64,000 nt of DNA, from contig CAVPHD010000007.1 of the NCBI GenBank assembly GCA_963704165.1, positions 1-64,000 on the forward strand, written 5' to 3'. Source of the stretch: an uncultured delta proteobacterium. Its GTDB lineage: Bacteria; Myxococcota_A; UBA9160; SZUA-336. Within the stretch, counting starts at the first letter, position 1. The number at the start of each line of letters is the position of its first letter. A program made the position numbers and the translations under genes. Below the pieces are notes generated by a model, which was not told the DNA's origin, did no database searches, and was given only the letters and a program-made list of their open reading frames with translations. Positions 14,213 through 24,322 of the stretch are shown piece after piece.

Positions 14213-15274
14213 TCAGCGCCCGGACGTCGGGGAGGCGCTGCTCGAGGTTCGAGCCGGCTCCACCAGGATCTTCGCGTGGCGGTCGGGCCGCTCGAGATCG
14301 TCGAAGGCCGACGCGACGGCATCGAGCCCGACGCGACCCGTGATCAGAGGCGCGACATCGAGCTTGCCCTCGGCGATCGCGCCGAGGGTCTCGGCGAACT
14401 CGTTCGGCTGGTAGCCGAGGACGAACTGGAGCTGGAGCTCCTTCGTGATGGCCATGATCGGCTTGATCCGGTCGTCTTCCATGCAGACTCCGGCGACGAT
14501 CACGCGCGCCCCGGTCGGTGCGGACCGGAGGATCTGCTGCAACATCCCGGGCACGCCCACGCACTCGAAGATCACGGCCGTTCGCCCCGGAGCGACGCGC
14601 GCGAGTTCGGCGAAGCCCGATCCTTCGCGCGGATCGATCAGGTGGTCCGCGCCGAGCGTCTCGGCGAGCGCTCGGCGCATCGGCGAGTAGTCCGCGGCGA
14701 CGATCGGATCTACACCGCGGAGTTTCAGCGCCGCGATCACCGCGAGGCCGACCGGCCCGCAGCCGATCACCAAGGGCGCGTCGCTCGGAAGGAGCTGTGC
14801 CTTCACCACCGCGTGCAGCCCCACCGCCATCGGCTCGGTCAGTGCCGCGTGCTCCGTCGGCAGGCCGTTCGGCACCGGCAGGAGCAGCGCGTCGTTGAGG
14901 ATCATCCGCTCACCGTAGCCGCCGGGGAAATCGTTCGAGTAGCCGACGGCGGCCGCGCTCGCGCCGCGAAACAGGATCGGCATCGACACGACGCGCGTGC
15001 CCGGGGGCAGGCGCTTCGGCGTTCCCGGCCCGTAGTCGAGCACCTCGGCGCAGAACTCGTGCCCCATCACGATGTCGCGCTCGAGATCCATCACGAATGG
15101 AGCGCCGGCCTCGATCGAGTTCTCGACCATCTGCTCGGCGTGCTTCAGGGCGTGAAGGTCCGAGCCGCAGATTCCACAGGCCAGGGTCCGCACCAGGACC
15201 TCGCCCATTTCGGGCACGGGCTCGGGGACCGTATCGACCACCAGCTTCTTGCCTCTCATCACGACGGCTCGCAT
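14213..15274 (-). CDS. Zinc-binding medium-chain alcohol dehydrogenase
   Basis: CGICGSDLH, MGHEF, LTEP, GCGPVG; lacks the structural four-Cys zinc lobe. Confidence 0.9.
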   Translation of the reverse strand: MRAVVMRGKKLVVDTVPEPVPEMGEVLVRTLACGICGSDLHALKHAEQMVENSIEAGAPFVMDLERDIVMGHEFCAEVLDYGPGTPKRLPPGTRVVSMPILFRGASAAAVGYSNDFPGGYGERMILNDALLLPVPNGLPTEHAALTEPMAVGLHAVVKAQLLPSDAPLVIGCGPVGLAVIAALKLRGVDPIVAADYSPMRRALAETLGADHLIDPREGSGFAELARVAPGRTAVIFECVGVPGMLQQILRSAPTGARVIVAGVCMEDDRIKPIMAITKELQLQFVLGYQPNEFAETLGAIAEGKLDVAPLITGRVGLDAVASAFDDLERPDRHAKILVEPARTSSSASPTSGR

Positions 15275-15311
15275 GGCGCGATCTTCTCACGGCTCGAATT
15301 GACGGTGGACG

Positions 15312-15331
15312 TCGTGATACATCGTGATACA
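15312..15331. promoter_or_regulatory. Perfect 10-bp tandem repeat (TCGTGATACA)x2 in a divergent promoter; candidate operator
   Basis: Exact direct repeat one helical turn apart, 9 nt before ATG 15341; TTGACG at 15299-15304. Confidence 0.55.
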
Positions 15332-15340
15332 TTGGCCCAC

Positions 15341-15865
15341 ATGGCTGAATCCGACGATCGAGAGCGGCATCGCCGCCAGAGGAAGGAGAGGGTCTTGCAC
15401 ACGCGAATTTCCGAGGATCTCGAGGAGGCGCTTCAGGACGCGGCGCGCCGCCTTCGGCTGCCGGTCTCGAATCTGGTCCGCAACGTGCTCGAGGACGTCT
15501 TCGACGTCGTCGAGGTCGTGACCGAGAACGTCGGCGAGTTCGTCGAGGACGTGGTCGAGGAGGCGCAGCACCTCGGCCGACGCTGGGAGGGCCGCCATCG
15601 CGAGCGCACGGCCGAGGCGCGCGCTCGGCGCGTCGAGCGCGAGCGCGACGACGTCGAAGATCGCGCGGCGCGCTCACCGGAGCCCACGTCCGCTTCGCGC
15701 GAGTTTCCCGACGTGGCGGCGTGGCAGCCGCTCGTCATGAACACCGCGCAGGCGTGCGCGGGCTGCGGCCGGCAGATGCGCCGCGGCGACAACGCGTTCC
15801 TCGCGGTGGGTGGGACGCGACCCGGTCCGCTCTTCCTGTGCGAGCCGTGTCTGGACGGCCTCTGA
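15341..15865 (+). CDS. Hypothetical protein: ribbon-helix-helix-like N-terminus plus C-terminal CxxC...CxxC zinc finger
   Basis: RVLHTRISEDLEEALQDAARRLRLPVSNLVRNVLE fits a beta-alpha-alpha pattern; acidic linker; CAGC and CEPC. Confidence 0.7.
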   Translation: MAESDDRERHRRQRKERVLHTRISEDLEEALQDAARRLRLPVSNLVRNVLEDVFDVVEVVTENVGEFVEDVVEEAQHLGRRWEGRHRERTAEARARRVERERDDVEDRAARSPEPTSASREFPDVAAWQPLVMNTAQACAGCGRQMRRGDNAFLAVGGTRPGPLFLCEPCLDGL

Positions 15866-15948
15866 GGTGAGAAGCGGTCCGCAAAGAAAGCGATTCCCGC
15901 GCGAAACCGACGGGTGTATGGTTGGGTTCGACCCACCGGGAGGCAGCC

Positions 15949-16512
15949 ATGCTTCGCACGACCGGTTTCATTCTGGGTTCGAGCCTGATCCTGATCGCCG
16001 CTTGTCAGCGTTCCGACGACCCCGCGACCGATCCTGCGGCAGCTGCGCCGGTGCTCTCGGGATCCTGGCGCGTCGAGGGCGTCACCGTCGAGAGGGATTC
16101 GGGACGCACGCGGCAGATCACGGGCACGGTCATCCTTCTCGAAGAGGCAGGGAAGTACCGAGCGACGTTCGACCTCGAGACGACGTTGCCGACCGAGGGC
16201 GGTCCGACGCACGCGGACGTGATCGGAGAAGGCGACGGCGTCGTCCAGGGACGAACTCTTTCGGGAACGGCTCGCACGCAGATCGTGATCGCAGGCGCGC
16301 CGAAAATCGATCCGGGCTTTGCATTCGTGCCACGCCACGTTGGAACGCGGATCGTGTCGAAGACGAAGGGCACGCTCGCCGAGGACGGAACCATCGAGCT
16401 CGAGATCGAGAGCGAGCCCGCGCCGGGCGAGACCTACGCTGCAACGCGCACGACGCTCCGGGGCACGTTCACCGGTCCGCCGCGAAGTCGGCCCGCACCC
16501 TCGCCGCAGTGA
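15949..16512 (+). CDS. Hypothetical lipoprotein (beta-rich)
   Basis: GGAGG SD; MLRTTGFILGSSLILIAAC lipobox; LSGSWRVEG followed by alternating beta-strand pattern. Confidence 0.7.
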   Translation: MLRTTGFILGSSLILIAACQRSDDPATDPAAAAPVLSGSWRVEGVTVERDSGRTRQITGTVILLEEAGKYRATFDLETTLPTEGGPTHADVIGEGDGVVQGRTLSGTARTQIVIAGAPKIDPGFAFVPRHVGTRIVSKTKGTLAEDGTIELEIESEPAPGETYAATRTTLRGTFTGPPRSRPAPSPQ

Positions 16513-16621
16513 GCGACGATTCGGGAGTCGCCTAGGCCCCCGACACCCGCGGATCGCGACGGGTTCGATCGCGTATACCCGACCCTTGCATCGCCGCGGG
16601 TGGGGAAGGAAAGGCGAGGGT

Positions 16622-18994
16622 ATGATGGCAGCGGAAATGCGCTGGCGCGACGGCTCCGCCCACCAGAAGTCCCTGTACCTGGCGCTCGTCAGCGTGTACG
16701 CGCTGGGGCTTCTGCTCGCTACCGGCAGTGCGCTCGAACGCGTCGGTCAGCCCGACGTCGGCTTCATCATGGACGGAGTTTCCCTGTCGCCTTCCCGGCG
16801 CGACGCCGGGGACGCCGGGTTGCGCGGCGGAGCACGCCTGCTTCGGTTGAACGGCTTCGACGTCGCCGGGCAGTCGATTCGCACGGAGGTCTGGCCTCGA
16901 CTGCTGCGAGTGGACGGCGCCGCGAACGAGATCGTCGTCGAAAAGCCGGGCCGGGCGGTGAGCGCGATCTCGATCCGCGTGCGCGATCTGCGCTGGGGCG
17001 ACGTGGTCTACGCGGAAGGAGGCGCGATCGCGTTGGGGGCGCTGTTCTTCCTCGTCGGTGCCGTGACCTTCGCGCTTCGACCCTGGGCGGTCGAGAGCTG
17101 GGCGCTGCTCTCGCTCTGCGCGGTCGCCGGCGGATTCCTGACGATGCTGCTCTCCGGTGTCGGCCCGGCAAAACCGGTCTACGTGATCTACTTCCGCTCG
17201 ACGCTGGGCCTGCTCGCGGCCGTGCCGATCCATGCCGGGCTCGCGTTCCCCGTCACGCATCCGCTTCTGCTTCGCGGTCGGCGGCGCGTGCTGTACGGCA
17301 TCTACGCGCTCGGCGCCATTCACGCGGCCGCTCAGATCACCGCCTGGGCCACCGACTACGCCGGGCCGCTGCGCTTCATCGGCATCGTCGATACGAGCCT
17401 GCTTCTCGCGGTGACGCTCTTCTTCGTCGGACGCTGTTTCGTGCTGGCGATGCGGGCGAGCGATGCTCTCGTGGCCCAGCGCGCGCGCATCCTGCTCGCC
17501 GGTGCCCTCTTCGGCATGTCGCTGCCCGTCGGCGTGCGATTCGTGCAGGCGAGCCTGGGCATCCACGTGCTCGACATCCGAGTCGCGTACTGGACGCTCT
17601 CGATCCTCTTGCTCGCGCTCGCGCGCACCACACTTCGGCACGAGCTGATGAACGCGCGTGTCGCCGCGCGTCGTGCCGTGGCGTACGGAGCGGCGGTCGG
17701 GGCACTGACGGTTCTCGCCGTGGCGCTCGTCGGTCTCTCGCCGTACCTGATGGCCGGGCTGCTGCTGCCGCTGCTCTACGTCTGGCCGCGCTTCGAGTCG
17801 GTCTTGAACGCGTGGCTCTACCCGAAGCGCGTGCGCATGCCGACGACCGTTCGCGCGATCGGCGAAGGACTCGCGGAGGCGACCGACGTCGATTCCGTTC
17901 TCGACGTTCTCTGCCAGGCGCCGGTGAGGCTCGCCGACGTCCGCGCGAGCTCGGCGTTCTTGTTCGCGGGGATTGCAGGACCGCACGAGCACGTGCGCGG
18001 CGCGAGTCCGCAGTCCGTCGATGGCCCGGCCTTCGCCCGCGAGCCGCTCGTCGAGCTGATGATCACCACTCGAAAGGAGATCTTCCGCGAGCAGATCTCC
18101 GTCGAACCGCAGTACGTGAACATCAAGCGCGAGTGTTACGCCTGCTTCGAGCGCCTGGGCGCAGACCTGCTGCTTCCGATCTTGCGCGACGGGCGCGTGA
18201 TCGGCGGACTCGCGGTCGGATCCCGCGAGCGCGGTGACGTCTGGGAGCGGCTCGAGCTCGACGTGCTGCAGACGATCGTGCAGCAGGCGGTTCAGGCGCT
18301 GATCCGGATCGAGGCGACCGAGCGGCTGCGCTCGCGCGAGATGGAGTTCGCCGAGCTCAAACGCTTCTTCCCGCCGCAGATCATCGAGCAGGTGATGGCG
18401 CGTGGCGGCGCGTCGGAGCTGCGTTCGCAGCGCAAGCTCGTGACCGTCTTCTTCGCCGACCTGCGCGGATTCACCGCGTTCTCGGAGAGCGTCGAGCCGG
18501 AAGAGGTGATGGCGACGCTCGGCGAGTACCACAACGCGATGGGCCGGCGCGTGACCGAGTTCGCCGGCACGCTCGAACGTTTCGCCGGCGACGGTTTCAT
18601 GGTCTTCTTCAACGACCCCGTGGACCAGCCCGACCACGTCGAGCGCGCCGCGCGCATGGCCCTCGCGATGCGCGCCGACATCGCCCAGCTGCGCACGGGC
18701 TGGACCCATCGCGGCTATCGGATCGACGCGGGCATCGGCATCCACAGCGGCTACGCGACCTGTGGCTTCATCGGATACGAAGGCCGTCGCGACTACGGCG
18801 TGATCGGCAACGTCACCAACCTGGCCGCGCGCCTCTCCGACGCCGCGAAGGGCGGCGAGATCCTCACCACCGCGACCGTTCGGGCCGAGCTGCGCGATCG
18901 CTTCGCGTTCGACGCCGTCGGCGAGCTCGAGATCCCCGGCTTTCACGCACCGCAGGCCGCCTTCCGGTTGATCCCCGGTGACGATGCGCGCTAA
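16622..18994 (+). CDS. Multi-pass membrane class III adenylate/guanylate cyclase with PDZ-like and GAF domains
   Basis: About 10 hydrophobic segments; GAF-like LLLPILRDGRVIGGLAVG; catalytic FFADLRGFT, ERFAGDG, DYGVIGNVTNLAARL. Confidence 0.88.
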   Translation: MMAAEMRWRDGSAHQKSLYLALVSVYALGLLLATGSALERVGQPDVGFIMDGVSLSPSRRDAGDAGLRGGARLLRLNGFDVAGQSIRTEVWPRLLRVDGAANEIVVEKPGRAVSAISIRVRDLRWGDVVYAEGGAIALGALFFLVGAVTFALRPWAVESWALLSLCAVAGGFLTMLLSGVGPAKPVYVIYFRSTLGLLAAVPIHAGLAFPVTHPLLLRGRRRVLYGIYALGAIHAAAQITAWATDYAGPLRFIGIVDTSLLLAVTLFFVGRCFVLAMRASDALVAQRARILLAGALFGMSLPVGVRFVQASLGIHVLDIRVAYWTLSILLLALARTTLRHELMNARVAARRAVAYGAAVGALTVLAVALVGLSPYLMAGLLLPLLYVWPRFESVLNAWLYPKRVRMPTTVRAIGEGLAEATDVDSVLDVLCQAPVRLADVRASSAFLFAGIAGPHEHVRGASPQSVDGPAFAREPLVELMITTRKEIFREQISVEPQYVNIKRECYACFERLGADLLLPILRDGRVIGGLAVGSRERGDVWERLELDVLQTIVQQAVQALIRIEATERLRSREMEFAELKRFFPPQIIEQVMARGGASELRSQRKLVTVFFADLRGFTAFSESVEPEEVMATLGEYHNAMGRRVTEFAGTLERFAGDGFMVFFNDPVDQPDHVERAARMALAMRADIAQLRTGWTHRGYRIDAGIGIHSGYATCGFIGYEGRRDYGVIGNVTNLAARLSDAAKGGEILTTATVRAELRDRFAFDAVGELEIPGFHAPQAAFRLIPGDDAR

Positions 18995-19007
18995 CTACTG
19001 GGAACCC

Positions 19008-19292
19008 ATGAAGCTCGCCCTTCTCGCCACGCTCTGTGTGCCGCTGCTCGCCGGCTGTTTCGTCAACGTGAAGATCCCCCTCGATACCGATCTCGATCGC
19101 ACCGAGCTCGGCTCGAAGGTGGGCGAGGCGTCCGCGCAGAGCGTCCTCTGGCTGGTTCTCTGGGGTGACTCCGGAACGCAGGCTGCGGCCAAGCAGGGCG
19201 GGATCACGACCATCACGCACGCGGACCGGCAGGTCTTCACGATCCTCTTCGGCGTCTACGCGCGCGAGACCACGATCGTCTACGGAGATTGA
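19008..19292 (+). CDS. TRL-like family small lipoprotein
   Basis: LLAGC lipobox; SKVGEASAQSVLWLVLWGDSGTQAAAKQGGITTITHAD...TIVYGD. Confidence 0.8.
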   Translation: MKLALLATLCVPLLAGCFVNVKIPLDTDLDRTELGSKVGEASAQSVLWLVLWGDSGTQAAAKQGGITTITHADRQVFTILFGVYARETTIVYGD

Positions 19293-19619
19293 GTGGCGCG
19301 CATCGCCGCCATCTTCGCCGCGCTTCTCCTCTGTGGCTGCATGCGCGGGCTCGTCTACACGCACGTCACCCGGCCGCTCACGACGAACTTCGACCGCACC
19401 CCCGTCGCCGACGGCTTCGTCGCGCGAGGCGACGTGAAGGAGCTTCGCTACAACTCCTACCTGCGCGTGATCTGGGACGTGAACTCGATCGGCGCGATCG
19501 CCCGCGAGGCCGGGCTCGACGAGATCTACTACGCGGACCTGACGACCTTCTCGGTCCTCGGTGTCTGGACGCAGTATCGGGTACGCGTCTACGGCTCCAC
19601 GGCCACGAGTTCGAGGTGA
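19293..19619 (+). CDS. Second TRL-like small lipoprotein
   Basis: LLCGC lipobox; GLVYTHVTRPL, SIGAIAREAGLDEIYYAD, SVLGVW...VRVYG. Confidence 0.7.
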   Translation: MARIAAIFAALLLCGCMRGLVYTHVTRPLTTNFDRTPVADGFVARGDVKELRYNSYLRVIWDVNSIGAIAREAGLDEIYYADLTTFSVLGVWTQYRVRVYGSTATSSR

Positions 19620-19659
19620 AGAGGTCCCGGCCAGCGAACCCGCGCGGTACGATGCGCGG

Positions 19660-20490
19660 ATGAAGATCGAGACGCTCGCCTTCGGCTACGGATTGATCGA
19701 GGGGCCGCGGGTCGACGCGGCCGGGAATCTCTACTTCAGCGACGTCACGAACGGCGGCGTGTTCCGGCGCAGCCCGAGCGGAGGGATCGAAACGGTCGTT
19801 CCGAAGCGACGCGGCGTTGGCGGGATCGCTCTGCACGCCGCGGGCGGGATCGTGATCTCGGGCAAGAACATCTGTCACGTGAAGGACGGCGCGACGCGAG
19901 TCCTGTTCGCACGCGACGACGTCCCCGGTTGGAACGACCTGTTCACGGATGCAAAGGGCCGCGTCTACACGGGTTCGATGCTCACGAGTCCCTTCGGGCC
20001 GTCCGACGCCGAGCGCAAGCTCGGCGACTGTTTCCGGATCGACGGCGAGGGCCGGGCGACGGTCCTGTACGGCGGTGTCTCGCTCAGCAACGGGATCGGA
20101 TTCTCGCCGGACGGTCGCCGGATCTACCACAGTGACACCGCGCGTTCGCTCGTGCTCGTGCACGAGCTCGACGCCGACGGGAACGCGAAGGCGCTGACAC
20201 CGATTCGCGTCGAGGGCGGCCCCGACGGTCTCGCGGTCGATGCCGAGGGCGGAATCTGGGTCGCGCTGTACGGGGAGGGCGCGGTCCTTCGCTTCGAGCC
20301 GGACGGTTCGCCCGATCGACGCGTCGACGTTCCCGCCCGGGCCGTCACGAGTCTCTGCTTCGGCGGATCGGACCTTCGCGACCTGTACGTCGTGAGCGCC
20401 GACAACACCGACGACCCGGCGCGCGCGGGGTCGATCTTCCGCACGCGCAGCGACATCGCGGGTCTTCCCGCGCCGCTCGCGAGGATCTGA
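19660..20490 (+). CDS. SMP-30/gluconolactonase/LRE family protein
   Basis: LIEGP, NLYFSD, WND, SNGIGFSPDG, PDGLAVDAEGGIWVA, TSLCFGG. Confidence 0.92.
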   Translation: MKIETLAFGYGLIEGPRVDAAGNLYFSDVTNGGVFRRSPSGGIETVVPKRRGVGGIALHAAGGIVISGKNICHVKDGATRVLFARDDVPGWNDLFTDAKGRVYTGSMLTSPFGPSDAERKLGDCFRIDGEGRATVLYGGVSLSNGIGFSPDGRRIYHSDTARSLVLVHELDADGNAKALTPIRVEGGPDGLAVDAEGGIWVALYGEGAVLRFEPDGSPDRRVDVPARAVTSLCFGGSDLRDLYVVSADNTDDPARAGSIFRTRSDIAGLPAPLARI

Positions 20491-20502
20491 ACGGAGTCCG
20501 GA

Positions 20503-21687
20503 TTGGCAGGCGTGCTCGAAGGAATCCGCGTGCTCGACTTCGGCCGCTACATCGCGGGTCCGTGGTGCGCGGCGCTGCTCGGTGATCTCGGCGCGGCGGT
20601 CATCCGCGTGGACAAACGCGGGGGCAGCGAGGACCGCTTCGTCGGCCCGGTCGCCGACGGGGGCGAGGGCGCGCTCTACCTGCAGGCGAACCGGAACAAG
20701 CGCGGCCTGACGCTCGACCCGATGAAGCCCGCCGGGCGTGAGATCGTCCGCCGGCTGGTCTCGAAGTCGGACGTCGTGGTCGCGAACCTGCCGCCGCAGT
20801 CGCTCGAAGCGATGGGCCTCGATTGGCCGACGCTCGAAGCGCAGAACCCGTCGCTCGTGCTGACGACGATCTCCGCGTTCGGCGGCGGCGGTCCGTATTC
20901 CCGGAAGCTCGGCTTCGACGGCATCGGTCAGGCGATGTCGGGGTCGATGTACCTGTCCGGCGCGCCGGGCGAGCCGACGAAGGCGTACGTCCCTTGGGTC
21001 GATTTCGGCACCGCGGCCAATGCGGCGCTCGCCACGCTGGCAGCGCTCTACGCGCGCCAGGCGACGGGGCGTGGGCAACACGTCGAGGCGTCGCTCCTGC
21101 AGACCGCGCTCACCGTGTCGAACGCGCCGCTCGTCGAGCAACGCGTGCGCAAGCTCGATCGCGTCGCGTCTGGAAATCGCAGCCAGATCGCCGGCCCGAG
21201 CGACGCGTTCCGAACCCGGGACGGATGGATCCTCGCGCAGGTGATCGGCGCGCCTCTCTTCGAGCGCTGGTGCAGACTGGTCGGCGAGCCGGACCTCGCC
21301 TCCGATCCACGCTTCGCGACCGATCCCGCGCGCGGCGAGAACGGCCGGCTCCTGTCGGAACGCATGGCGCGCTGGTGCGCCGAGCGCTCGAGCGTCGAGG
21401 CGCTCCGCGCGCTCGACGACGCGAAGATCCCCGCCGGCCCCGTCTACTCGCCACAGCAGGCGGTCGATGATCCGCACGTGCGCGCCGCGCGGATTCTGCG
21501 CGACGTCGGATTTCCCGGCCTGCCGGTCGCGGCGCCGATCTCCGATACGCCCGTGCGATTCTCGGTGAGCGACGTCGGCATCCGCACGCGCGCGCCGCTG
21601 CTCGGAGAGCACACCGACGAAGTCCTCACCGAGCTCGGATACTCGACCGCAGAGATCGAAGAGATGCGCGAGCAGGGCGCGATCTAA
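20503..21687 (+). CDS. Family III CoA-transferase (CaiB/BaiF)
   Basis: LEGIRVLDFGRYIAGP, NRNKRGLTLD, GFDGIGQAMSG, TGRGQHVEASL, APLLGEHT. Confidence 0.93.
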   Translation: MAGVLEGIRVLDFGRYIAGPWCAALLGDLGAAVIRVDKRGGSEDRFVGPVADGGEGALYLQANRNKRGLTLDPMKPAGREIVRRLVSKSDVVVANLPPQSLEAMGLDWPTLEAQNPSLVLTTISAFGGGGPYSRKLGFDGIGQAMSGSMYLSGAPGEPTKAYVPWVDFGTAANAALATLAALYARQATGRGQHVEASLLQTALTVSNAPLVEQRVRKLDRVASGNRSQIAGPSDAFRTRDGWILAQVIGAPLFERWCRLVGEPDLASDPRFATDPARGENGRLLSERMARWCAERSSVEALRALDDAKIPAGPVYSPQQAVDDPHVRAARILRDVGFPGLPVAAPISDTPVRFSVSDVGIRTRAPLLGEHTDEVLTELGYSTAEIEEMREQGAI

Positions 21688-23189
21688 CGAGGAACGGCGC
21701 CGCTCGCGAGTCGATCGGCGAGCGTGCGACGCAGGACCTTGCCCGACGCGTTGCGCGGCAGATCCGTCACCCGATGGAAGGCGCGCGGTATCTTGTACCC
21801 GGCCAGCCGCTCGCGGCAGAAGCGCTCGAGCTCGGCGTCGGTCGTCGGGCTCGCGTCGCGAAAGACGACGAACGCGGTGACGCGCCGGCCGAAGCTCGCG
21901 TCGGGGGCTCCGACCACGGCCGCCTCGGCGATGCCGGGATGCGCGAGCAGGACGGTCTCGACCTCGGCCGGATACACGTTCTCACCGCCCGAGACGATCA
22001 GATCCGCGCGTCGGTCGAGTACGTGCAGGAAGCCCTCGGCATCGAGCGTCCCGATGTCGCCGGTGTGGAGCCAGCCGCCGCGAAGCGCGCGCGCAGACTC
22101 CTCGGGACGTCGCAAGTAACCGCGCATCAGCGTGGGCCCGCGCACCAGGATCTCTCCGGGCGTGTCCGGCGGGAGCTCCATTCCGGATTCGTCGGCGATG
22201 CGGAGCTCGGTACAGAAGAGCGGTTTGCCGACGGCGTCGGCGCGTCTTCCGACCTCGTGGAGCGGCAGGGTTGCGACCTGCGACGCCGCCTCGCTCAGGC
22301 CATACGTGCTGACGATCGGGAAGCCGAGGGAGCTCGCGCGTTCCACGAGACGTGTCGGCGCGGCTGCGCCTCCCAGAAGTACACATCTCAGTGTCGATGG
22401 CGCGGGACGCTCGCCCCATGTGTCGAGCAGCCGCTCGAGCATCGTCGGGACCAGCGACACGATTCCCACGCGTTCCTCCGCCAGTGCGAACGCGACGTCT
22501 CGTGGCGAGAACTGCTCGTGCACGAGGACTTCGCTGCCGGAGAGCACGCTGCGCGCGAGGATCGAGAGCCCCCCGACGTGGAAGAGCGGCAGACACGCGA
22601 GCCAGCGTTCCCCGGGAACCACGCCGAGGTGAAAGGCCGAGCCGATCGCGCTCCAGAGCAGGCTCTGGAACCGAAGCTCCGCTCCCTTCGGCGATCCCGT
22701 CGTGCCCGAGGTGTAGAGAACCGCGGCGGTCGCCTCGAGATCGATCGCGTCCCGGAGTGCGGCGTGGTCGCCCGACGGCGTGGCGACCGCGGACCGCAGG
22801 GGGGAATCACACGGCTCGACCGCCACGCGCCGGAGGTCCGTCGATGCGGCCGCGCGCGCGGCGTCCGCAAGTGCACCGCCCGCGTGGACCAGCAGGGCGG
22901 GCCGCGCGTCCTCGAGCTGGAAGGCGAGCTCGCGTGGCGTCAACCGGACGTTCAGCGGCAGCAGCGCGGCCCCACAAAGCGGCAGGGCATGCACCAGCTC
23001 GACGAAGGCCAGCCCGTTCGGAAGCAGGGTGGCGACGAGATCGCCGTCGCGAACACCGAGCGCGCGCAGACGCAGAGCCAGGACGCGCGCGCGGGCGGCG
23101 AGCTCGCCGAACGTGAAGGTCACGCCGTTCAGTGTCAGCGCCGGCTGCCCGGGTCCGATCGCCGCGCGGGCCTCGAGCCACGGCTTCAC
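21684..23189 (-). CDS. menE: o-succinylbenzoate--CoA ligase
   Basis: YTSGTTGSPKG, LPLFHVGG, TYGLSE, GWLHTGD, SGGENVYP, ASGK; last gene of the men cluster. Confidence 0.93.
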   Translation of the reverse strand: MKPWLEARAAIGPGQPALTLNGVTFTFGELAARARVLALRLRALGVRDGDLVATLLPNGLAFVELVHALPLCGAALLPLNVRLTPRELAFQLEDARPALLVHAGGALADAARAAASTDLRRVAVEPCDSPLRSAVATPSGDHAALRDAIDLEATAAVLYTSGTTGSPKGAELRFQSLLWSAIGSAFHLGVVPGERWLACLPLFHVGGLSILARSVLSGSEVLVHEQFSPRDVAFALAEERVGIVSLVPTMLERLLDTWGERPAPSTLRCVLLGGAAAPTRLVERASSLGFPIVSTYGLSEAASQVATLPLHEVGRRADAVGKPLFCTELRIADESGMELPPDTPGEILVRGPTLMRGYLRRPEESARALRGGWLHTGDIGTLDAEGFLHVLDRRADLIVSGGENVYPAEVETVLLAHPGIAEAAVVGAPDASFGRRVTAFVVFRDASPTTDAELERFCRERLAGYKIPRAFHRVTDLPRNASGKVLRRTLADRLASGAVPR

Positions 23190-24322
23190 GAGTCCCGCCC
23201 CGCGATCTCGATGGCATCCTCATCTCGACGGCGTTCGATCGTTCTCCGCGCCGGGCGGACGCCGAGCCCCGACGACGCCGGCAATATCAGCGCGCCGGAT
23301 CTCGGTCGCGGCCCGCGTGCGAGGTCTTCGGCGAGAAGTGAGCCGGTGGCGAGCCCGCAGGCGAGCGTGAGCCCGGGGAGCGCCGCCGCGAGCGCCAGTG
23401 CCGCCGCACGCGCGACCGCTCCGTCGAGTCCGCTGGTGACGAAGACCCCGATCCCCGCCGCGCATGCCCGTTCGGCGAGCTTCGCGCTCGCGCGCAATCC
23501 GCCGAGCGCGCCGGGCTTCAGCACCAGGAAGTCTGCGGCGCCGATGTCGATCGCGCGAGCGGCGCGCTCCGCATCGACGAGCGATTCGTCGGCCGCGATC
23601 GGAATCGGCGATCGCGCGCGGACGAAGGCGAGGTCGTCGAGTGCCTCCGCTCGAACGGGCTGCTCGACGAGCTCGGGTGCGAACGGCGCGAGCGCATCGA
23701 GCGCACGGAGCGCGGCGTCCCGCTCCCAGCCTCCGTTCGCGTCGAGGCGAAGACGGATCCCCGGACCGATGGCCGAGCGCAGCGCCGCCACGCGCGGAGC
23801 GTCGGCCTCGAGCGCGCCGTGCGCGACCTTGAGCTTGATCGTCTCGAAGCCCGCGCGCACGAGGCGAGTCGCTTCACGTGCCACGGCGCGCGGCTCGTTC
23901 GCGGAGATCAACGCGTTCACCGGCACGACGTCGCGAGGCTTCTCCGGCTCCGGGCTGAGCAGCGCGGCGAGCGTCATGCCCCGTCCCTGTGCTTCGAGGT
24001 CGAGCAACGCCGTCTCGAAGGCGAAACGCGCATGCGTTGCGTCGACCTCTGCGCGCGCGAGGTCGTCGAGTCTCGTGTCGAGATCGCCTCCGGGATTCGC
24101 GACGGCCGAGCCCGCGAGTCGTTCGAGCGCCCGCAGGCTGTGATCGCGGGACTCGCGACCGAAGCCCTCGATCGGCGCCGCCTCGCCGAATCCGACGCGG
24201 CCACGGTCGTCGTGGAGCGCGACCAGGACGCCCGTGCGCGCGCGCGTCTCGCCGTGCGCGGTCGCGAGAGGGGCGCGCAGCCGCAGCCGAAACGGCGTGA
24301 GCACCGCGCGAGTGATTCTCAC
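23186..24322 (-). CDS. menC: o-succinylbenzoate synthase
   Basis: GFGEAAP, TIKLKV, LRLDANGGW, VEQP, IAADES, LVLKP; GTG start overlaps the menA stop. Confidence 0.9.
   Translation of the reverse strand: MRITRAVLTPFRLRLRAPLATAHGETRARTGVLVALHDDRGRVGFGEAAPIEGFGRESRDHSLRALERLAGSAVANPGGDLDTRLDDLARAEVDATHARFAFETALLDLEAQGRGMTLAALLSPEPEKPRDVVPVNALISANEPRAVAREATRLVRAGFETIKLKVAHGALEADAPRVAALRSAIGPGIRLRLDANGGWERDAALRALDALAPFAPELVEQPVRAEALDDLAFVRARSPIPIAADESLVDAERAARAIDIGAADFLVLKPGALGGLRASAKLAERACAAGIGVFVTSGLDGAVARAAALALAAALPGLTLACGLATGSLLAEDLARGPRPRSGALILPASSGLGVRPARRTIERRRDEDAIEIAGRDS

Noticed and set aside
15920..15940. GGGTTCGACCC T-loop-like hairpin suggesting a tRNA
   Set aside because: No acceptor, D or anticodon arms; it is just a short hairpin before an SD.
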